Assembly: GCA_001790525.1 (NCBI GenBank)
Contig: MGCU01000025.1
Span: 14,576-73,840, forward strand
DNA: 59,265 nt
Reading direction: 5' to 3'
DNA from: Candidatus Saccharibacteria bacterium RIFCSPHIGHO2_12_FULL_47_16b
GTDB taxonomy: Bacteria; Patescibacteriota; Saccharimonadia; Saccharimonadales; UBA10212
Below are positions 42,324-49,360 of this stretch, one piece after another; positions within the stretch are counted from its first letter, which is position 1, and each line of letters begins with the position of its first letter. The translations under genes were made by a program, and so were the position numbers. The notes under the pieces are model-generated. The model had not been told where the DNA came from, ran no database searches, and was given only the letters and a program-made list of their open reading frames with translations.

Positions 42324-42351
42324 ATTATAAGCATAAGCGTACTGATGTCAA
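42324..42351 (-). promoter_or_regulatory. Consensus sigma-70 promoter for pilA
   Basis: Minus strand: TTGACA-N16-TATAAT. It is followed by an about 95-nt leader containing ATCCGC-..-TCTGCC-tca-GGCAGA-..-GCGGAT (42240-42270). Confidence 0.6.
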
Positions 42352-42368
42352 CAATCTATCCACACCGC

Positions 42369-43583
42369 TCAGCCGCCGATGTTTTTACTAAGACTGGATA
42401 TCGGTCCCATAACCGAGGCTGCAATCAAGCCAACTACACCACCCAGCAGAACAATCATTATAGGTTCGATAATCGAAGCCAGTCCGTCAATCACAGCATC
42501 AACCTCTTCTTCGTAAAAATCAGCGACCTTGACTAATATTTCATCAATTTTGCCGGTCTCTTCGCCAACCGCTACCATCTGGCCTACGATTGGCGGAAAG
42601 TAAGCACTGGCCGAAATTTGCTTGCCTAAAGACTGGCCATTTTTAACCGCTTGAGCAACCTTATCAAGCTCAACTTGAATAACTTTATTGCCAACGGCTT
42701 TTCCGGTGACTTCCAAAGCATCAAGTACTGTTACGCCCGAACCCATCAAAGAGGCAAAGGTCCTAGCAAAGCGAGCCACGACGATTTTTAGCAGTACTTT
42801 GCCAAGGATCGGTACACGCAGCAGCAGATGATGCCACCAAAACTTGCCTTTGTCAGTGTGAATGTAGCGTCTAAATAGCCAAATCGCCAAGCCCAGGCCA
42901 AGCAGTATAAAAATGATGTTGTGCTGCATAAAATTACTGGCCGATAACATCGCTCTGGTGTAAACGGGTAGCTGGGCGCCCTCGCCGCCAATACTTTCAA
43001 TAATTTTGCCAATTTTGGGAATTAAAAAGATCATGATGCCAAAAAAGGCCAAAACCGTGATGCACAGAATAACCACCGGGTAGGCCATGGCCGAGTGGAT
43101 TTTATGACGGATGGAAGCATCTTTTTCAACTTGGAGGGACAAGCGCTTAAGGATGTCATCTAAAATGCCGCCGGACTCGCCGGCCCTAACCATGTTGACG
43201 TAAACATCACTAAAAACTTGGGGAAACTTGGCCATGCCTTCAGCCAGCGGCAAACCGCTTTCCACGTCGCGAGTAATCGAAGTAATAACCTGCTTAAAGT
43301 ATTTATTTTCGGTTTGGTCAGTTAGTGTGGTCAGCCCGCGCGGCAGGGGCACACCGGCGCTTATCATAGTTGAAAGCTCACGGGTAAAAACTACCAAATC
43401 CTTAAGCTTAACCTTTTTACCAAAACTGAAACCTCTTTTCGAGGCTTTAGCTTCTTGGATATTAAGTAACTTCAAGCCTTGAGTACGCAATACGTTAATC
43501 GCCGCCTGACGGTTAGCAGCGGCAATTGTGCCATTGGTTTGATGACCTTGCGGGTTTAGCGCAATGTAGGAAAAATCAGCCAA
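42369..43583 (-). CDS. pilC: Type IV pilus platform protein PilC (GspF family)
   Basis: 404 aa with two GspF repeats (...FTRELSTMISAGVPL..., ...FARTFASLMGSGVTVLDAL...). TTG start with AAGGAG 8 nt upstream. Confidence 0.88.
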   Translation of the reverse strand: MADFSYIALNPQGHQTNGTIAAANRQAAINVLRTQGLKLLNIQEAKASKRGFSFGKKVKLKDLVVFTRELSTMISAGVPLPRGLTTLTDQTENKYFKQVITSITRDVESGLPLAEGMAKFPQVFSDVYVNMVRAGESGGILDDILKRLSLQVEKDASIRHKIHSAMAYPVVILCITVLAFFGIMIFLIPKIGKIIESIGGEGAQLPVYTRAMLSASNFMQHNIIFILLGLGLAIWLFRRYIHTDKGKFWWHHLLLRVPILGKVLLKIVVARFARTFASLMGSGVTVLDALEVTGKAVGNKVIQVELDKVAQAVKNGQSLGKQISASAYFPPIVGQMVAVGEETGKIDEILVKVADFYEEEVDAVIDGLASIIEPIMIVLLGGVVGLIAASVMGPISSLSKNIGG

Positions 43584-43600
43584 AGACAGCTCCTTTCGTC

Positions 43601-43698
43601 GCTGTAGTTGCTAGTCGCCAGTCGCTAGTTACTAGTAATTCTGACGGTACTTTCCACACTGATGACTGATGACTAGAGACTAGAGACTGATGTTGAGT
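43601..43698 (-). repeat. Heptanucleotide-periodic array (14 units)
   Basis: gctgtag|ttgctag|tcgccag|tcgctag|ttactag|taattct|gacggta|ctttcca|cactgat|gactgat|gactaga|gactaga|gactgat|gttgagt. Confidence 0.75.
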
Positions 43699-43712
43699 GG
43701 AACGAAACATCT

Positions 43713-45533
43713 TCATCGCTCGATGGTTACGCGCATGACTTCTTCCAGCGTAGTCAGGCCGCGCAGAGACTTAATTAAGCCGTCGGTTTGCATAGTTACC
43801 ATGCCTTCTTTAATTGCCTGGTCCTGAATATCGTCGGCGCTATAACCACCGATAACCAATTTTTGTAAGTCACTAGATATTGATAAGACTTCGTAAATAC
43901 CTAGACGACCGCGCAGACTGGCGCTGCCGCTACTGGCTTTAATACGCCACAACCGCTCAATCGTCGTCTCGGTGGTGGCAGCCTTATCATCCGTTTTGCT
44001 TTTATCACTCGTTCCAGCGCCTTGTAGACTAAGTGATTTCATGGCTTGCAGCTCCAGCTGGTTAATCCGCGCCATATCTTGCTGGTTTTTAATGCCAAAG
44101 CTATCGCGGATGCGGGCTTGAGTATTCATATCTGGCACGTAGCTTTCAATGCTGTCTGGTACCAGCTTGCGGACCAGGCGTTGGCCAACCACGGCTCGGA
44201 CGGTGCTGGCAATCAAGAAGGGCTCAATCCCCATATCAAGTAAACGCGGCAGGCAAGTGGCGGCGTTGTTGGTGTGGAGGGTGCTAAAAACCAAGTGACC
44301 AGTCAAGGCCGCCTGGACCGCCAGGTTGGCAGTTTCGCCATCGCGGATCTCGCCAACCATAATGATGTTGGGGTCTTGTCGCAGTAGCGCCCTAAGGCCG
44401 TTAGCGAAAGTCATGCCGGCTATCGGATTGACTTGAACCTGATTGACGCCGGGAATTTTGTATTCAACAGGATCTTCAACCGTGCTGATGTTGACCGACG
44501 GCTGGTTCAAACGCGACAAGATGCTAAACAGACTAGTGCTTTTACCAGAACCGGTCGGGCCGGTAAATAAAATCATGCCATGCGGCCGGGTTAAGGCATG
44601 CTCCAGCCTGTCTAGCGTGCTGCCCCAAAAGCCCAAATCCTCAAGGGTTGCCGGTTTAGACGATTCGTCAAGGATACGCATGACGACTTTTTCGCCCTCG
44701 ACGATCGGCAGAGTACTAACGCGCAGGGCATACTGGCCGCTGCCAACATTAATTTTAAAGCGGCCATCTTGCGGCGCACGATGTTCATCAATTTTTAAAT
44801 TAGACAAAATCTTAATCCGGCTAACTAGCGCCAGCACGACTTTTTTAGGCAGCCGGTTAGTTTCCCGCAACTGGCCGTCAATTCGATAGCGAACGCTAAC
44901 ATGATCTTCGCGTGGCTCGATGTGAACATCAGAAGCATTTTGTTTAATGGCATCTTCAATAATCAAATTCACGGTCTGGGCAACTGGACTGTCCTCGGCC
45001 ACATCTTCTTCGGTGACTTCCTCTTCGGCCTCGGCTACTCCCGGCACAGCCGAGCTCTGACTGGCAATCACCTCGGTCAGCTCGCTGGATAGGTTTGTGC
45101 GGTATTGGTCCAGCGCCGCTAAGATATTGGAACGAGTAGCTATATAAACTTTGATGTTGGTGCCCAGTTGTTTTTGCAAGAAGTTAATGGCCTGCACATC
45201 GTCGGGGTCTTCCATGGCCAGCAGTTTGGTGCCGTCTTCGGTTACATCAAACAAAACGGCGTTATATTGACGGGCAATATGTTCGGGTATCAGCCGCAGC
45301 ACTTCTTTACGAATATTTTTAGGAATAACTTCTACAAATGGCACCTCAACCCGCGCCGCATAAGCTTGGACAAAGTCTTTTTCAGAAATTAAATTGCTGG
45401 TCAGCACCAAGTCTTGCAGCGGCCGCTTGTCGGTTTTTTGCTGGTCAAGTAAGCCTTTTATTTGGTCTTCTTTGATTTTGCGGTTGGCTTTAAGTAATTC
45501 AACCACCATCGCGTCGTTAATACGCATAAGCAT
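43713..45533 (-). CDS. pilB: Type IV pilus assembly ATPase PilB (GspE family)
   Basis: N-terminal MshEN/GSPII_E_N-like domain, Walker A TGPTGSGKSTS, Asp box, Walker B IIMVGEIRD, His box. Confidence 0.9.
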   Translation of the reverse strand: MLMRINDAMVVELLKANRKIKEDQIKGLLDQQKTDKRPLQDLVLTSNLISEKDFVQAYAARVEVPFVEVIPKNIRKEVLRLIPEHIARQYNAVLFDVTEDGTKLLAMEDPDDVQAINFLQKQLGTNIKVYIATRSNILAALDQYRTNLSSELTEVIASQSSAVPGVAEAEEEVTEEDVAEDSPVAQTVNLIIEDAIKQNASDVHIEPREDHVSVRYRIDGQLRETNRLPKKVVLALVSRIKILSNLKIDEHRAPQDGRFKINVGSGQYALRVSTLPIVEGEKVVMRILDESSKPATLEDLGFWGSTLDRLEHALTRPHGMILFTGPTGSGKSTSLFSILSRLNQPSVNISTVEDPVEYKIPGVNQVQVNPIAGMTFANGLRALLRQDPNIIMVGEIRDGETANLAVQAALTGHLVFSTLHTNNAATCLPRLLDMGIEPFLIASTVRAVVGQRLVRKLVPDSIESYVPDMNTQARIRDSFGIKNQQDMARINQLELQAMKSLSLQGAGTSDKSKTDDKAATTETTIERLWRIKASSGSASLRGRLGIYEVLSISSDLQKLVIGGYSADDIQDQAIKEGMVTMQTDGLIKSLRGLTTLEEVMRVTIER

Positions 45534-45536
45534 AAG

Positions 45537-45561
45537 TATAATCTGTCAGAGCCAGATTATA
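45537..45561. promoter_or_regulatory. Palindrome TATAATCTG-N7-CAGATTATA in the pilB/recA divergent region
   Basis: 9-bp perfect arms. Each arm contains a TATAAT hexamer reading outward-to-inward on its own strand. It lies 4 nt from the pilB ATG. Confidence 0.4.
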
Positions 45562-45651
45562 CTAGTCCCTAGTCGCTAGTCTCTAGTCACTAGAAAAAAC
45601 TGACAACTAAAGACTGATGACTAGTAATGACTGATGACTAGTGACTAATAC
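45561..45651 (+). repeat. Heptanucleotide-periodic array (13 units) upstream of recA
   Basis: actagtc|cctagtc|gctagtc|tctagtc|actagaa|aaaactg|acaacta|aagactg|atgacta|gtaatga|ctgatga|ctagtga|ctaatac. Confidence 0.8.
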
Positions 45652-45739
45652 GCCAGCGGCGGATTGTAAGCTTCAGCAATTTTCTTATCACCAGATGAGT
45701 GGTATAGTTGCTTGCTATACTATGACTAAAGGAGTTACG

Positions 45740-46768
45740 ATGGCAGATAAACCTAAACTTAAAGATGATTCAGCTAAAGCCAAGAGTGGCAAAAACCAGG
45801 CTCTCAAACTGGCGCTTGATCAAATCGAAAAACAGTTTGGTTCCGGCTCGATTATGCGCCTTGGTGACAGCACTAAAACTACTGTCGAAACCATTCCCAC
45901 CGGTAGCTTGAGTTTGGACATAGCTCTCGGCGGCGGTTTGCCTAAAGGCCGAATTATCGAGATTTTTGGTCCGGAGGCCTCCGGCAAAACCACCGTTTGT
46001 TTACATGCCGTGGCCGAAGTCCAAAAAGCCGGCGGCACGGCCGCCTACGTTGACGCCGAGCACGCCCTTGATCCGGCCTATGCCAAAAAGATTGGCGTGG
46101 ACATTGATAATCTTCTACTTTCTCAACCCGATAGCGGCGAACAGGCCTTGGAAGTTGTCGAGACATTAGTCCGGTCTAACGCCGTGGATATCATCGTGGT
46201 TGATTCGGTGGCGGCGCTTGTGCCGCAGGCCGAAATCGAGGGTGACATGGGCGATGCCCAAATGGGTCTGCAAGCTAGGTTGATGAGTCAGGCCATGCGC
46301 AAACTGACCGGCGTTATTAGTCGCACCAAGTGCACAGTCATGTTCGTCAACCAACTGCGCATGAAGATTGGCATTATGTTCGGCAATCCGGAGACGACCA
46401 CCGGCGGCCAGGCCCTGAAGTTTTACTCGTCGGTGCGTATGGACATCCGGCGCATCTCGCAAATAAAAACTGCCGAAGAAGTGATTGGCAGTCGTGTCCG
46501 AGTTAAGGTTGTTAAGAACAAAGTGGCGCCGCCGTTTCGCGAAGCCGAGTTCGACATCATGTACAACGAAGGTATTTCTAAAGCTGGTGATGTCCTGGAT
46601 CTGGCCGCCACTCACGGTGTGGTCGAAAGAAGCGGCGCCTGGTACGAATACAAGGGCGAAAAAATCGCTCAAGGCCGCGAAGCCGCCAAAAAATTCCTGC
46701 GCGCCAACCCCAAAGTCTTTGACAAAATCATCACCGAGACCCGCGCCGCCGCCGAAAAAACCGAGTAG
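45740..46768 (+). CDS. recA: Recombinase RecA
   Basis: The ATG after AAGGAG is preferred (MADKPKLK...). ...[15 protein letters not shown]..., Walker [10 protein letters not shown], ...[17 protein letters not shown]... Confidence 0.95.
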   Translation: MADKPKLKDDSAKAKSGKNQALKLALDQIEKQFGSGSIMRLGDSTKTTVETIPTGSLSLDIALGGGLPKGRIIEIFGPEASGKTTVCLHAVAEVQKAGGTAAYVDAEHALDPAYAKKIGVDIDNLLLSQPDSGEQALEVVETLVRSNAVDIIVVDSVAALVPQAEIEGDMGDAQMGLQARLMSQAMRKLTGVISRTKCTVMFVNQLRMKIGIMFGNPETTTGGQALKFYSSVRMDIRRISQIKTAEEVIGSRVRVKVVKNKVAPPFREAEFDIMYNEGISKAGDVLDLAATHGVVERSGAWYEYKGEKIAQGREAAKKFLRANPKVFDKIITETRAAAEKTE

Positions 46769-46769
46769 T

Positions 46770-47552
46770 ATGCCCATAAACAGAGTTAAAATTGAAACTT
46801 TTCAAGCTGTTATTGGGCCGGGAAGTCGTGGTTTGAGGGTCGCAAGAGGTCTTCAATTAGTCAGAGCATATAGCGATACGGATGTTGGCTATATAGATCC
46901 CTCGCGGATCTTTGATCCAGATCTTCCTGAGCCTGACAATGTAGTACGATTTGCCTCACTGCCTATTACGCACCGCCGACTTAAGATGGAGTGGCGAGGC
47001 GGACGAAGAGGCGAAAAGGAACGCCGTCTAGACTCTTTCAGTATTAACGTCAAGGCAGCGGAATTACCTCAGCATGTCGGTAGATACAAAATGCTACCTA
47101 GTGATCCTGAAGCATCGCCTCAGGGGGCTCTGGTTTCTATCGTCAACTTTCATACTAAGCTGTTTGAAGGTCAGCGAGCCGCCAATCAAGATGGCCGGCG
47201 GATAGATTTATTCAAAGCCGGCCGGCGTGCCGGAGATCCGCTGGTTGACCTAGTCTTTTTAGCTCATGACGAAGAAGCGTATGTTGTTAAAACTGACGAA
47301 CTTGAACCATTCCGACTCACCGCGCTGAAATACCAGACTGATTATGAAAAAGGCCTCAAAATTGACGAATTTGGACCAACTGCCGAAGATCTCGGCGATT
47401 CGACCCCAGAGCCGCCTGATCGGCCTCATCCTCCCAGAGGTGGACCTGATCGTTCTCCAACGATCCCGCTGGCACCCCTTAGGGAGGCAGGAGCTGCCGC
47501 AGAACCAGAAAGGGAGCTGGAGTTTGAAGTCCATCCTCCGCGCCTCATCTAG
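46770..47552 (+). CDS. Hypothetical protein inserted between recA and recX
   Basis: The ATG 1 nt after the recA stop (MPINRVKIETFQ...) is preferred over the track start inside recA. 260 aa with a Pro-rich C-terminus and no motif recognised. Confidence 0.5.
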   Translation: MPINRVKIETFQAVIGPGSRGLRVARGLQLVRAYSDTDVGYIDPSRIFDPDLPEPDNVVRFASLPITHRRLKMEWRGGRRGEKERRLDSFSINVKAAELPQHVGRYKMLPSDPEASPQGALVSIVNFHTKLFEGQRAANQDGRRIDLFKAGRRAGDPLVDLVFLAHDEEAYVVKTDELEPFRLTALKYQTDYEKGLKIDEFGPTAEDLGDSTPEPPDRPHPPRGGPDRSPTIPLAPLREAGAAAEPERELEFEVHPPRLI

Positions 47553-47570
47553 ATTTGTTAGACTTAACAG

Positions 47571-48014
47571 GTGACAGCCACCAACCATGCTTTAACTGGC
47601 GCGGCAATCGCGTTGGCGGTTAAAAGGCCGGAGCTAGCTATCCCATTGGCTTTTGCGTCGCATTTTGCACTCGATGCTATTCCGCACTCTGGCGTGCCGC
47701 CCGGCCAATTCGTTTTTAAAAAGTACTTCAAAATAGTGGCCGTCGATCTAACAATTGCAGCAATTTTAGCTGTGGCATTATTAATAATTTTTAAAGATCA
47801 TTTTTGGCTAGTTTTTAGTTGCATGGCCGTGGCTGCCGGCCCGGACGGGATTTGGTGGTTCTACCGCAAAAACCTGGAGAAAAATGATAAAACCGGTATC
47901 GATCCGATATCTAGGTTCCACTGGTGGATACAATGGAAAGAATTCCAAAAAGGCATATATATTGAACTACTCTGGTTTGGTTTAATGATTTTCTTAATTA
48001 CGCAATTGAAATGA
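47571..48014 (+). CDS. YdjM-like (DUF457) membrane-bound metal-dependent hydrolase family protein
   Basis: GTG start. MTATNHALTGAAIALAV...HFALDAIPH resembles the N-terminal His and LPDIDH-type motif of LexA-regulated YdjM. About four TM segments. Confidence 0.45.
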   Translation: MTATNHALTGAAIALAVKRPELAIPLAFASHFALDAIPHSGVPPGQFVFKKYFKIVAVDLTIAAILAVALLIIFKDHFWLVFSCMAVAAGPDGIWWFYRKNLEKNDKTGIDPISRFHWWIQWKEFQKGIYIELLWFGLMIFLITQLK

Positions 48015-48622
48015 AGATAACGGCTGTCAAAGCACAGGTTAAAAATCCTGAGAGAGTAAGCATTTTTGTAGATGGCAAATACAGTTTTTCGCTAAGTCTT
48101 GACGAACTATTAAAGGAAAAACTAAAAAAAGATGATGAACTTAATGGAGCCGATGTTAAGCGACTCAAAAAACTTTCAGCCGACGGCAAACTACGGGCCA
48201 GGGCAGTGGAATGGGTTTTGAACAGGCCGCGCTCCATCCGCGAATTTAAAGATTACATGTACCGCAAAAAAGCCGAAGCGGAATTCGCGGAAGATTTGAT
48301 CAAGCAATTTTCAGACAGAGGCTATCTGGATGAACAGAAATTTAGCCAATGGCTAATCGAACTTTTAAGCCGGCGCGGCAAAAGCAACCGGGCTATCCGC
48401 TCTGAACTTTTCAAAAAAGGCATCGACAGGGAAATAGTCGAGGAAATAATGAGCCAAGAAGCCAGCGATGAAGTCGGTCGCCTAAGGACAGTGATTGCCA
48501 AAAAGCGCAAACTACCGCGCTATCGTAACGACCTTCAAAAGCTCAAACAGTATTTAGTTGCTCAAGGCTTTAGCTGGGATTTAATCAAAAGCCAACTCGC
48601 CAAAAACGAACCAGAAGAATAG
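48011..48622 (+). CDS. recX: Recombination regulator RecX
   Basis: Three-fold helical repeat pattern: ...VKNPERVSIFVDGKYSFSL..., LSRRGKSNRAIRSELFKKGI..., LVAQGFSWDLI. 4-nt overlap with the upstream gene. Confidence 0.8.
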   Translation: MKITAVKAQVKNPERVSIFVDGKYSFSLSLDELLKEKLKKDDELNGADVKRLKKLSADGKLRARAVEWVLNRPRSIREFKDYMYRKKAEAEFAEDLIKQFSDRGYLDEQKFSQWLIELLSRRGKSNRAIRSELFKKGIDREIVEEIMSQEASDEVGRLRTVIAKKRKLPRYRNDLQKLKQYLVAQGFSWDLIKSQLAKNEPEE

Positions 48623-48627
48623 CCTGC

Positions 48628-49170
48628 CTAGGCGGCTGGGGCGGCTTCGGTGGCTGGCGCCATTTCTTCCTCGGTCACTTTGACGTCAGTGTCTTTGACC
48701 AAAATGTAATGATCGGTGATTTCGATTATCTGCGTGCGGTCGATTATTAATGTATCTTCAGCAGAAAAAAGCTTGGTTAGCGGCCGGGCGACATACAGTT
48801 TAATAACCAGCATGCTATTGGTCTCATACGAATAGTCGCTAACTTTACCGAGCTTGTGTCTTTTGGTTTTTACCTCTTTACCGATCAATTCAAAATGAGA
48901 ATTTAAAACTGGTTTATGCCGGATAAGTTCGTTCGGCGAACTTAGTTCGGACTCATCATTAACCGCTAAACCACTGGGCGTAACTTGCCGCACATCTTCG
49001 ACTAAAAGTATATGCAAAGCGTTAGAACCAGGTGATTTGCACCACCAGCCAAGAACTTTGAGGTTATGCGGATTGAGGATTGGCTCAACCGCTATGGCTA
49101 CTGGTCCGCCCAGCCGCAGACTGATAATTGGTACATTGGTAAGAGATTTGCTTAATTGAAGCATTAGCAT
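48628..49170 (-). CDS. PRC-barrel-like domain protein
   Basis: The start at the ATG preceded by GGAG (MLMLQLSKSL...) is preferred over the track start at 49323. Two PRC-barrel-like segments (e.g. LIGKEVKTKRHKLGKVSDYSYE). Family call is tentative. Confidence 0.45.
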   Translation of the reverse strand: MLMLQLSKSLTNVPIISLRLGGPVAIAVEPILNPHNLKVLGWWCKSPGSNALHILLVEDVRQVTPSGLAVNDESELSSPNELIRHKPVLNSHFELIGKEVKTKRHKLGKVSDYSYETNSMLVIKLYVARPLTKLFSAEDTLIIDRTQIIEITDHYILVKDTDVKVTEEEMAPATEAAPAA

Positions 49171-49323
49171 TATTTTACTCCGTTTTAGGGCGCTAAAGTA
49201 GCCAATTGTTCTCCGGAAAATCTCCCGAGTGCCGGATTCATTCCGCACCCGGCGAGGATAAGAAACCGCGAAGGGGTGTCTTATAAGGCGGAGCGTGAGC
49301 GTAGCCACTATAACCATGAGCAA

Positions 49324-49351
49324 TTGACAGGCGCTAGTACCTGCGGATAAT
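49324..49351 (+). promoter_or_regulatory. Sigma-70-type promoter (near-leaderless)
   Basis: TTGACA-N16-GATAAT, then 9 nt to the ATG at 49361. Confidence 0.5.
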
Positions 49352-49360
49352 TGGATTAAT

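Noticed and set aside
36431-45651. Whether the periodic arrays could be CRISPR arrays.
   Set aside because: The unit is 7 nt with no repeat-spacer alternation, no 25-40-nt conserved repeats, and no cas genes. They are not CRISPR.
46166-46777. 203-codon antisense ORF across recA, the track start at 46485 for the downstream gene, and the track GTG start at 45641 for recA.
   Set aside because: The antisense and off-frame ORFs overlap the conserved RecA core. For both genes, SD-supported ATGs at 45740 and 46770 give non-overlapping, sensible N-termini.
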